This document shows positions 10,065 through 18,494 of a stretch of DNA of 64,000 nt, in pieces. The notes under the pieces were generated by a model. It was not told the origin of the DNA. It did no database searches and saw nothing but the letters and a program-made list of their open reading frames with translations. Both the position numbers and the translations under genes were made by a program. Numbering within the stretch: position 1 is the stretch's first letter; each line of letters begins with the position of its first letter. Source of the DNA: Candidatus Eiseniibacteriota bacterium (GTDB lineage: Bacteria > Eisenbacteria > RBG-16-71-46); assembly GCA_035275545.1 (NCBI GenBank), contig DATEMP010000272.1, positions 4,592-68,591 of the forward strand, read 5' to 3'.

Positions 10065-10931
10065 CTAAACCCAGCGATGCGGGCGATCCTTCAGCCGCTC
10101 GAACCCGAGCTCGTCGCAGAACGCGAGCCAGCGCTCCCGCGGCACACCCTTCCAGCGCAGATCCTCGAGGGTCTCGGCGAGCGGCACATCCAGGCGCAGG
10201 GTCGCGAGGCGGCGGAAGAGCAGGGCCTCCTCCATGCGGTTGCGGAGCGTTTCGGCCAGGCGGTCGGCACCCCGCACCTTGACCTCCCACGCCGCGGGCT
10301 CGGGCGGGATCGCCTCGAGGTGCTTCCAGCGGGCGAGCAGCGTGGTCGCCGACTTCTCGCCCCAGCCCGGCAGGCCGGGAAAGCCGTCGGCGCTGTCGCC
10401 GACCAGGGCGAGCCAGTCGGGAATCGAGACCGGCGACACGCCGAACTTCTCGCGCACGCCGTCCTCGTCGTAGGTGATCTGCCGGCGGCGGTCGAGCTGC
10501 ACCACCGTGCGCTCGACCACGCACTGGGCAAGGTCCTTGTCGGGCGTGCAGATCACCACCTGCTCCACGTCGCCGGTCCAGCGCGACGCGGCGGCCGCGA
10601 GCGCGTCGTCGGCCTCGAACTCGACCATGCGCCAGACCGTGACACCGATCGCCTCGAGCGCCTGCTCGGCGAGCGGGAACTGCGCCATCAGGTCCTCCGG
10701 CACGCCCTCCTCGGTCTTGTAGCCGGCCCAGAGGTCGTTGCGGAAGCTCCGGATCACGTGATCGGTCGCCGCCCCCAGGTGGGTCACCTCGGGCTCGCGC
10801 AGCAGGGCGAGCGTCGTGGCGACCAGGCCGCTGACGGCGCCGACCTGGCGCCCGTCCGGCGCCTGGTCCGGCTCCACGCCGAAGTAGGCACGGAACAGCT
10901 CGTAGGTCGCGTCGAGCAGATGGAGCTTCAT
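10065..10931 (-). CDS. 5'-3' exonuclease (FEN / Pol I 5'-nuclease family)
   Basis: N-terminal EADDALAAA acidic cluster plus an H3TH segment LVGDSADGFPGLPGWGEKSA. Confidence 0.85.
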   Translation of the reverse strand: MKLHLLDATYELFRAYFGVEPDQAPDGRQVGAVSGLVATTLALLREPEVTHLGAATDHVIRSFRNDLWAGYKTEEGVPEDLMAQFPLAEQALEAIGVTVWRMVEFEADDALAAAASRWTGDVEQVVICTPDKDLAQCVVERTVVQLDRRRQITYDEDGVREKFGVSPVSIPDWLALVGDSADGFPGLPGWGEKSATTLLARWKHLEAIPPEPAAWEVKVRGADRLAETLRNRMEEALLFRRLATLRLDVPLAETLEDLRWKGVPRERWLAFCDELGFERLKDRPHRWV

Positions 10932-11028
10932 CGCGAGCGCACTCTACGGTATTTGCGCGGCGACGGGCCCGCTTGCGTTCCCGCGGGCCGGCGTGCTAAA
11001 CGAAGGCATCCCGCTGGCGGAGGACAGG

Positions 11029-12315
11029 ATGCCCGACGCCCCCAGCCGCACCCGCAGTCCCTGGACCTGGATCCCGACGCTCTATCTCGCCGAGGGACTC
11101 CCCTACGTGGTCGTGATGACGGTCTCCGTCATCATGTACAAGGGCTTCGGGGTCTCCAACACCGACATCGCCCTCTACACGAGCTGGCTCTACCTGCCGT
11201 GGGTGATCAAGCCGCTCTGGTCGCCGGTGGTCGACATCCTCGGCACCCGTCGCCGCTGGATCTGGGTGACGCAGCTGCTGGTCGGAGGCCTGCTGGCGGG
11301 CGTCGCGTTCGCGATTCCCGGGCCGGCGATGTTCCAATGGACGCTCGCGGTCTTCTGGCTGCTGGCGTTCGACTCCGCCACCCACGACATCGCCGCCGAC
11401 GGCTTCTATCTGCTCGGGACCACCGAGGACCAGCAGGCGTTCTTCGTCGGCGTGCGCACCATGTTCTACCGCATCGCCACGATCGCCGGCCAGGGACTGC
11501 TGGTGATGCTCGCGGGCCGGATCCAGGACCAGGGCGGCACCGTGGCGCATGCGTGGACGGTGGCGATGGGCGCGCTCGCCGCGCTGTTCGTGGTCTTCGG
11601 CCTGTGGCATCGCATCATCCTGCCGCGGCCGGCCACCGATCGCCCCGGCGAGATCCACCAGATTCCGCAGTTCGTGCGCGCGTTCCTCGCCACCTTCAGC
11701 TCGTTCTTCCGCAAGCCGAGGATCGTGGTCCTGGTCCTCTTCCTGGTGCTCTACCGCTTCGGCGAGGCGCAGCTGGTGAAGATGACCTCGCCGTTCCTGC
11801 TCGACGCGCGCGCCCAGGGCGGCCTAGGCCTGAGCACGACGCAGGTCGGCTTCATCTACGGCACGATCGGCATCCTGGCGCTCACGTTCGGCGGCGTCCT
11901 GGGCGGCTGGGTCATCTCACGCCAGGGCCTCAAGACGTGGCTATGGCCCATGATGTTCGCGATCCACTTGCCCGACGCCGTGTTCATCTACCTCGCCTAC
12001 CTGCAGCCCGAGAACCTGCTGCTCACCCAGCTGTGCATCGCGGTCGAGCAGTTCGGCTACGGCTTCGGCTTCACCGCCTACCTGGTGTACATGATCTACA
12101 TCGCGCGCGGCGAGCATCAGACCGCCCACTACGCGATCTGCACCGGGTTCATGGCGCTGGGCATGATGATCCCCGGCATGTGGAGCGGGTGGCTGGCCGA
12201 CCACATCGGCTACCGCCACTTCTTCTCCTGGGTGATCCTGGCCACCATCCCGAGCTTCATCGTGGCGCTGTGGATCCCGCTCGAAGCCGGGTTCGGGAAG
12301 AGATCGACGGCCTGA
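11029..12315 (+). CDS. MFS transporter, AmpG-like muropeptide permease
   Basis: 12-TM MFS protein with the LYLAEGLPYVVV motif typical of AmpG. An ATG at 11029 is preferred over the listed GTG at 10993. Confidence 0.7.
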   Translation: MPDAPSRTRSPWTWIPTLYLAEGLPYVVVMTVSVIMYKGFGVSNTDIALYTSWLYLPWVIKPLWSPVVDILGTRRRWIWVTQLLVGGLLAGVAFAIPGPAMFQWTLAVFWLLAFDSATHDIAADGFYLLGTTEDQQAFFVGVRTMFYRIATIAGQGLLVMLAGRIQDQGGTVAHAWTVAMGALAALFVVFGLWHRIILPRPATDRPGEIHQIPQFVRAFLATFSSFFRKPRIVVLVLFLVLYRFGEAQLVKMTSPFLLDARAQGGLGLSTTQVGFIYGTIGILALTFGGVLGGWVISRQGLKTWLWPMMFAIHLPDAVFIYLAYLQPENLLLTQLCIAVEQFGYGFGFTAYLVYMIYIARGEHQTAHYAICTGFMALGMMIPGMWSGWLADHIGYRHFFSWVILATIPSFIVALWIPLEAGFGKRSTA

Positions 12316-12466
12316 GGAGGTCGGGACGCCGGCGGGCCGCGATCGAGGCTTGCAGGCGGGGCCCGGTCCGGGTAGGTTGGTCGCCGATTTGCGCCTGATG
12401 CCGGCCCTGCACCTCGGCTGGACCGGAGCCGCCACGCTCCGCACGATCCGCCGCACAAGTTCTGGC

Positions 12467-12548
<82 letters not shown>

Positions 12549-12588
12549 ACGATCGGCCAACGGGCTCTGTGCCGTCTCGTGTGCGGAT

Positions 12589-13644
12589 TCAGCCCTCGGA
12601 AGTGCGCTTCCCGAGCCTCTCGACCGCCTCGTTCAGGTCCGCCTCAGAGGTGATGTTGTACCTGTCGAAGATCGCGCGAGTCTTGTGGCCCGTGAGCTTC
12701 ATCGCCACCCGCTCGTCGATGTTGGCCCGGACGAGGTTCCGCACGGCCGTACGCCGGAAGTCGTGGACCAACTTGCCGGGCAGCTTGGCCTCCTTACAGG
12801 CAGCCTCCCACGCCTTACGGAACGTGCCGAGTTGGCTACCGTCGCTGCGCGGAAAAAGCCACGGAGTGCCACTGGCGAGGGCCCGCTCGCACTGGCGGAC
12901 GATCAGGACTCGGAGGGCCGGGTGGGCTGCGAAGGGGAAGCTCCGAGGCTCCTCATTCTTCGTCTCCCCTCTGTGGAGCAAGACCCTCGCGTTCTCGAAG
13001 TCGATGTGCTCTCGCAAAGTCAGTTGCCGCACCTCGCCAACACGCCACCCCGTGATGTACATGAACTCGACCGCCGGCCGCAGGTCCTCGGGCAGATGCG
13101 TCAGAAGCCGCTCGAACTGGTCAGGCTCGAAGAAGCCCTGTCGGGCGTTGCGGACGACGACTGTCGGTAGCGGCGGGACCGTCGCGAGCAGTTCGGCCTC
13201 CACTGCGAGCCGACACATGCGCCCCCAGATGACGAGTTCGTAGCGCACTGTGGCCGGACGTGCGCCCTCGGCGAGACGAGTGGTCACGTACTCCTTCAGG
13301 AGCCGATGGCTCACATCCACTGGGCGTAGCCGCTTGAACGCCTTACGAAGGTGCTTCACGCGGCCGAGCATGTCCTTCGTGGACTTGCGCTCGTTCGTCT
13401 TGTAGTCGGCCTCGATGAGGCGGACGAGGTCGTCGAAGGTGGTGCGCTCAATCTGGGGCCCGAGGACACGGCGCTCGATGACTTCGGTCCGGCGCTTCTC
13501 CAGCAAGGCGAGGGCAAGCTGCTGGTCGGTGGAGTGAGAGGACTCCCGATACTCGCGCCCGTTCACCGTGAACCGGATGTACCACACGCCTCTCCGGCAA
13601 TAGACCGACCCGAGCTTGGCGTCCTTCTTCTTACGGCGTGCCAT
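12589..13644 (-). CDS. int: Tyrosine-type site-specific integrase
   Basis: From the internal ATG (MARRKKKDAKLGSVY) the product has the AP2-like N-terminus of phage integrases. The C-terminal catalytic region has HDFRRT, LGH and YNITSE (R...HxxR...Y). Confidence 0.9.
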   Translation of the reverse strand: MARRKKKDAKLGSVYCRRGVWYIRFTVNGREYRESSHSTDQQLALALLEKRRTEVIERRVLGPQIERTTFDDLVRLIEADYKTNERKSTKDMLGRVKHLRKAFKRLRPVDVSHRLLKEYVTTRLAEGARPATVRYELVIWGRMCRLAVEAELLATVPPLPTVVVRNARQGFFEPDQFERLLTHLPEDLRPAVEFMYITGWRVGEVRQLTLREHIDFENARVLLHRGETKNEEPRSFPFAAHPALRVLIVRQCERALASGTPWLFPRSDGSQLGTFRKAWEAACKEAKLPGKLVHDFRRTAVRNLVRANIDERVAMKLTGHKTRAIFDRYNITSEADLNEAVERLGKRTSEG

Positions 13645-13884
13645 GTGTACTCCCGTCGTGCAAGATGTCGAGCGCGCACGTCCGGGTGGCGTTGGGTGGT
13701 CCGTCAATTCTACCGTGACCTGCGAGTCGCGCGCGAGGGCGATCGTCATTCTGAGAGCATCTACGGCGGTCGATTCTCACGCTGCACCCCGCTTTCGCCA
13801 CTTTCGGTCTCATGACCCCTGTCATCGGCCGGTTGTGCGCGGGGCTCAAGGCCGGCCGGCCAGCGAGGGCAAGTCGCGCCCGGC

Positions 13885-14037
13885 TCATTCGATTGCCTCG
13901 GCGTAGATGAAGTCGGCGTTGGGGAAGTACTCGTGCATGGAGAGGAGTAGGTGCCCGACTCCCTGACGCGTGGACAGCCTCCAATCCATGCGCGGGTAGC
14001 CCGGTCGTACGATCGTGACGCGCCACGTGGGGCTCAC
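13885..14037 (-). CDS. Small hypothetical protein (50 aa, GTG start)
   Basis: The last of four co-oriented small ORFs linked by GTGA/ATG-TGA overlaps. It sits inside a longer PR-rich frame that looks spurious. Confidence 0.25.
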   Translation of the reverse strand: MSPTWRVTIVRPGYPRMDWRLSTRQGVGHLLLSMHEYFPNADFIYAEAIE

Positions 14038-14246
14038 GCTGCCTCCACGGTGAAGCCGTCTTCGCGCATCCCAGCCACGAGGTTGAGGACGTAGCGGGGC
14101 TCGACTGCCAGCGCGCCCCCGAACCAAGTTCCGTCCGTGTGCTCCTTGAGCCACGCGGTTGCAGCGGCCGTCAGCGGCCGGACAAGCACCACGCTCCCGT
14201 GGCCATCGACTCGGGCGTCCGTGCGCGCCTTGCGGCGGGCACTCAC
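14034..14246 (-). CDS. Small hypothetical protein (~70 aa, GTG start)
   Basis: Member of the coupled small-gene chain beside the integrase. No recognisable motif. Confidence 0.3.
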   Translation of the reverse strand: MSARRKARTDARVDGHGSVVLVRPLTAAATAWLKEHTDGTWFGGALAVEPRYVLNLVAGMREDGFTVEAA

Positions 14247-14503
14247 ATGGCCTCCGCGTCGTCGTGGTGCGAGTAGATGAGGAGCGTCCCAACCGGGAAA
14301 CCGATGCCGGGCGTGAGGGTGGAGGGTTCGGCAAGCCACGCGGCCAGCGCGGACACGTGCTCGGGGGACGTGGCGAAGACGGTCTCGACGGACCCGCCAA
14401 CCGAGGGAACTTCCCGAACGAAGGCCGCAGGGATGCCACGGTCAGCGGCAGCGCGGCCGGCGGCGAAGCGGTCACCCTTGGCGACAGCGGAGATGTAGGC
14501 CAC
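14243..14503 (-). CDS. Small hypothetical protein (86 aa)
   Basis: Member of the coupled small-gene chain. Confidence 0.35.
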   Translation of the reverse strand: MAYISAVAKGDRFAAGRAAADRGIPAAFVREVPSVGGSVETVFATSPEHVSALAAWLAEPSTLTPGIGFPVGTLLIYSHHDDAEAM

Positions 14504-14506
14504 GGG

Positions 14507-14866
14507 TCACCCGACCTTCTGCGCGCACGCGCCGTTGAGGGCGAAGCCGTCCACGAAGTCCACGGCCTCGTGCCAGCGGCCGAACCGGGCAACCTTCCAC
14601 TCGCGCTTGACCGCGTAGACGCGCCAGCCGTGCGCGAGGGCCACCCGGTTGAGCCGGTCTTTCGTCGTGACCGTGTGCCACCCGCCCGTGTGGAGAGAGA
14701 TGCGGCCGTCCGGGTAGAAGCGGACAACGATCGTCGAGTGAAGCCGAAGGCCGATGCAGACGCCAAGGTCCGCGAGCGTGGTGTTGTTCGCGATGATGCG
14801 CGAGTCGCGCCCGTTGAGGGCTTCGAGTGCTTCCGCGTAGGTCGTCGGGATGTTGTTGCGTGACAC
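14507..14866 (-). CDS. Hypothetical protein (119 aa)
   Basis: First gene of the small minus-strand operon and its best-looking ORF. Confidence 0.4.
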   Translation of the reverse strand: MSRNNIPTTYAEALEALNGRDSRIIANNTTLADLGVCIGLRLHSTIVVRFYPDGRISLHTGGWHTVTTKDRLNRVALAHGWRVYAVKREWKVARFGRWHEAVDFVDGFALNGACAQKVG

Positions 14867-14955
14867 GTTGCCTCCGTCGTTGTCGTCGAGCGAGATTGCT
14901 TCGACGGAGGCGCATCACTTCACGGCGCGTGCCACGTTCGGACGTGTTCGCGAAC

Positions 14956-14972
14956 AATCGTGCAGCGAATTG
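14956..14972. promoter_or_regulatory. Inverted repeat GAATTGC-GGC-GCAATTC (candidate operator)
   Basis: Perfect 7-bp arms with a 3-nt spacer, in a ~550-bp low-coding spacer between the divergent small-gene operon and the res-mod operon. Confidence 0.25.
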
Positions 14973-15496
14973 CGGCGCAATTCCGTGCGAGGTTGTCAGC
15001 GAAGATGAACGCGAGAGGGCAAGCGTGTTTCGTGCGTGCGAATCGGGGCATCTCGCGCGGAGTGCTGCGCGAATCCGCACGACGATGAAGCCCCTCGCTG
15101 CTGCCTCGCGCGAAGGGGAACCGACGCGGGCGGAAACCGGAACCGTGCGGCAGGCGGCAATGAGAGAGGACGGGCGGGCGGGCGCGTCTTAGTCGCGGGC
15201 GCGGGCGCGTATGATTGACGCGTGGGTGCACGCGTGTGCGCGTCTTGTAGAGGGTGGGGGGACGACCCCAAGTGCGGAACGGCTCCCGCTGGGCATGGTC
15301 CGCGTCAGCGAAAACCTGACCCCTGTGCAAGCCCGCCCGGCTAGACGGAGGGGGTTCAACGTTTGATCTCAGAGCCTCCTGCCCGCACACGTATTCCTCT
15401 GCCTCGTACGACCTTGCGGTGCAGGTCCGAGACTGCGAGACTGCCACGGAAACCATTCACCCAACTGCAACTTCGTGGACTCCATGGAGCCCTGCC

Positions 15497-18484
15497 GTGG
15501 CCGATGTCGTCATCGAGAACCCGATCCTCAACTCCCCGTTCGAGGAACCCGGGCGGCACTTCAAGTTCACCGACGATGGCATCACCGACGAGGTCGTCGA
15601 GACCCGGCGCACCAGCTCCTACTTCGTCCCGATCCCGGCCGCCAAGAAGCGTGGCGGGCAGCTCGCGTTCGACACCGAGTGGACGAAGGACCGGATCGAG
15701 GAGAACCGGCAGATCAACCGCATCCGTGAGCGGGTCTCGCAGTGGCGCAAGGGCGGGCACGCGGGGAACCTGACTTCGACCACTCGTAGGCTGCTGGCCT
15801 ACTGGAGCGAGCCCGACCGCGAGAAGAAGCTGTTCTTCTGCCAGATCGAGGCGCTGGAGACTGCGATCTATCTCACCGAGGCGGCGAGGGAGTTCGGTGA
15901 CACGTGGATCGAGAACGAGCTGCGGCGAGGCAATGAAGACGCGAACCCGCTGCTGAACCGCATCGCCTTCAAGATGGCGACCGGGAGTGGAAAGACCGTC
16001 GTCATGGGGATGCTGATCGCGTGGCAGGCCCTCAACAAGCTCGCGAACCCGCAGGACGGCCGCTTCTCCGACGCCTTCCTGCTCATCACGCCCGGGATCA
16101 CCATCCGCGACCGGCTGCGCGTACTCCTGCCCAACGACCCGCAGAACTACTACCGCGAGCGCGACATCCTGCCCGGCGACCTGCTGATCGAGCTGGAGAA
16201 GGCCAAGATCAGCATCATCAACTTCCACAAGCTGAAACCACGCGAGAAGCAGGCAGTCAGCAAGTTGAACAAGAGCATCCTGCGCGCGGAGCAGACTGGG
16301 GCGTTCACCGAGACGCCGGATGAGATGGCCCGCCGCGTGTGCCGCGAGCTGGGGAACAAGAAGAACATCGTTGTGATCAACGACGAATCGCACCACTGCT
16401 ACCGCAGGCGGGTGGCAGAGGAGGACGGCGAGAAGCTCGTTGGGGACGACAGGCGGGAAGCCGAAAAGCGGAACGAGGAGGCGCGCGTCTGGATTTCCGG
16501 CATCGAGGCCATCAAGTCGAAGGTTGGCGTCAAGGTGGTCTACGACCTCTCCGCCACACCATTCTTCCTGCGCGGCTCTGGCTACTCGGAGGGCACGCTG
16601 TTCCCGTGGGTCGTATCGGACTTCTCCCTGATCGACGCCATCGAGTCCGGCATTGTGAAGGTTCCTCGCGTCCCGGTCGCGGACGACTCGGTCACGGGCA
16701 CGCAGCCGATCTACCGCGACATCTGGGTCCGTATCCGAGAAGCACTGCCCAAGAAAGGTCGAGGGAGCAACGAGCTGTCCGGCCCACCGGTCCTCCCTGC
16801 CGAGCTTGAAGGCGCTCTCCGCACTCTCTACGCCAACTACAAGAAGTACTACGAGAGCTGGGAGCAGGACGCAGAGTCCCGGGAGAAGGGCCAGACCCCG
16901 CCGGTCTTCATCGTCGTCTGTCAGAACACGAACATCTCGAAGCTGGTCTACGACTTCATCGCGGGCTGGGAGAAGAAGCTCGCTGACGGCAGTCCGGTGC
17001 TCGTTCCCGGGGCGCTGCCGATCTTCAGCAATGTTGCCGACGGGCAGTGGACCGTGCGGCCGAACACGATCCTCGTGGACAGCGAGCAGTTGGAGTCCGG
17101 TGAGGCCATGAGCGATGACTTCAAGAAGATCGCTGCCATCGAGATCGACGAGTTCAAGGCGGAGTACCGTCTGCGCTTCCCCGGCCGCGATGCCGACCAG
17201 CTCACCGACGAGGACCTCCTGAGAGAGGTCATGAACACCGTGGGCAAGCCGGGCAAGCTGGGCGAGGAGATCAAGTGCGTGGTCTCGGTGTCGATGCTCA
17301 CAGAAGGATGGGACGCGACCACCGTCACCCACATCCTCGGCGTCCGAGCGTTCGGTACGCAGCTCCTGTGCGAGCAAGTCGTGGGACGCGGGCTACGACG
17401 CCGACGGTACGTCGCCAACGCCGAGGGTAGGTTCGACCCCGAGTACGCCGAAGTGTTCGGGGTACCGTTCTCGTTCATCCCGTGCTCTGGCTCGGCTGCC
17501 AACCCGAAGCCGGGGCCGATGCCGACGCGGGTGCGGGCGCTTGAAGATCGCATCGCCTGCGAGATCACGTTCCCGCGCGTGACGGGCTACCGTTACGAGC
17601 TTCCTTCAGAGCGCCTCACTGTCACCTTCGCGGACGACTCGAAACTCGCCCTGACGACCGAAGATGTGGCGACCATCACCGAGAACGCTCCCATCGTCGG
17701 GCAGTCCACGTTTCACAACCTCGATGACCTGAAGGGACGCCGCGAGCAGGAGGTGGATTTCTGGCTCGCGAAGACGGTGCTAGAAGGCTATTTCGCAGAC
17801 CCCGAGGGCAACGTGAAACCGTGGCTGTTCCCGCAACTCCTCCTGATCGCCCGGCGATGGCGCAGCGAGTGCCTCCAGCTCAAGGACGACACGTTCCCTC
17901 AGCTCCTGCTCTTGCAAGAGCGCGCGAGGGAGGCCGCCGACCGCATCTACCACGCCATCGTCAGCTCGACCGAGGGCGAGAAACGGCTGAAGCCCATCCT
18001 ACGCCCCTACGACACGGTGGGCTCGACCCGACACGTGGACTTCGATACGACCCGTCCCGTGTACGTCACGCGCGCCGACAAGAGCCACGTCTCGCACGTC
18101 GTGGCCGACACCGAGTCGTGGGAGCAGAAGATGGCGCAGGGCCTGGAGGACATGGACGAGGTTGTCCACTACGTGAAGAACCAGAACCTCGGGTTCACGA
18201 TCCCTTACACGCTCGACGGGCAGGAGCGCGCCTACGTGCCGGACTTCATCGTGCATGTGGACGACGGCCACGGCCGCGAGGACCTGCTCAACCTGATAGT
18301 CGAGGTCAGCGGCGAGAAGAAGAAGGACAAGGCGGCGAAGGTCGCCACGGCGCGGAGCATGTGGGTCCCGGCGATCAACGCGCATGGCGGCGTCGGACGC
18401 TGGGCCTTCATCGAGGTCTCCGATCCGTGGGACGCCAAGAATACGATCCGCGCAGCGATCCAGTCGCCGACGACGGCCAGCTGA
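15497..18484 (+). CDS. res: Type III restriction enzyme Res-like subunit (SF2 helicase + C-terminal PD-(D/E)xK nuclease)
   Basis: Helicase motifs in order: FFCQIEALETAIYL (Q-motif region), ATGSGKT (I), VINDESHH (II, DExH), LSATPF (III), MLTEGWD (V), QVVGRGLRR (VI). The C-terminal PDFIVHVDDG...LIVEVSGEKK fits the PD-(D/E)xK pattern. A nuclease at the C-terminus means Type III Res rather than Type I HsdR. A GTG at 15497 is preferred because GGAG sits 7 nt upstream; the listed alternative is GTG 15419. Confidence 0.85.
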   Translation: MADVVIENPILNSPFEEPGRHFKFTDDGITDEVVETRRTSSYFVPIPAAKKRGGQLAFDTEWTKDRIEENRQINRIRERVSQWRKGGHAGNLTSTTRRLLAYWSEPDREKKLFFCQIEALETAIYLTEAAREFGDTWIENELRRGNEDANPLLNRIAFKMATGSGKTVVMGMLIAWQALNKLANPQDGRFSDAFLLITPGITIRDRLRVLLPNDPQNYYRERDILPGDLLIELEKAKISIINFHKLKPREKQAVSKLNKSILRAEQTGAFTETPDEMARRVCRELGNKKNIVVINDESHHCYRRRVAEEDGEKLVGDDRREAEKRNEEARVWISGIEAIKSKVGVKVVYDLSATPFFLRGSGYSEGTLFPWVVSDFSLIDAIESGIVKVPRVPVADDSVTGTQPIYRDIWVRIREALPKKGRGSNELSGPPVLPAELEGALRTLYANYKKYYESWEQDAESREKGQTPPVFIVVCQNTNISKLVYDFIAGWEKKLADGSPVLVPGALPIFSNVADGQWTVRPNTILVDSEQLESGEAMSDDFKKIAAIEIDEFKAEYRLRFPGRDADQLTDEDLLREVMNTVGKPGKLGEEIKCVVSVSMLTEGWDATTVTHILGVRAFGTQLLCEQVVGRGLRRRRYVANAEGRFDPEYAEVFGVPFSFIPCSGSAANPKPGPMPTRVRALEDRIACEITFPRVTGYRYELPSERLTVTFADDSKLALTTEDVATITENAPIVGQSTFHNLDDLKGRREQEVDFWLAKTVLEGYFADPEGNVKPWLFPQLLLIARRWRSECLQLKDDTFPQLLLLQERAREAADRIYHAIVSSTEGEKRLKPILRPYDTVGSTRHVDFDTTRPVYVTRADKSHVSHVVADTESWEQKMAQGLEDMDEVVHYVKNQNLGFTIPYTLDGQERAYVPDFIVHVDDGHGREDLLNLIVEVSGEKKKDKAAKVATARSMWVPAINAHGGVGRWAFIEVSDPWDAKNTIRAAIQSPTTAS

Positions 18485-18494
18485 GGGAACAGCC

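Noticed and set aside
10014-12398. 794-aa plus-strand ORF spanning the exonuclease/AmpG region
   Set aside because: It crosses two oppositely oriented real genes, and RP-rich low-complexity sequence indicates a spurious frame.
14827-15456. ORFs in the 14.87-15.42 kb spacer (121, 178 and 91 aa)
   Set aside because: They overlap each other in different frames, have no codon-usage support and no motifs. The region is treated as regulatory and non-coding.
15356-17377. 673-aa minus-strand ORF inside res
   Set aside because: The plus strand carries complete SF2 helicase motifs; this frame is antisense.
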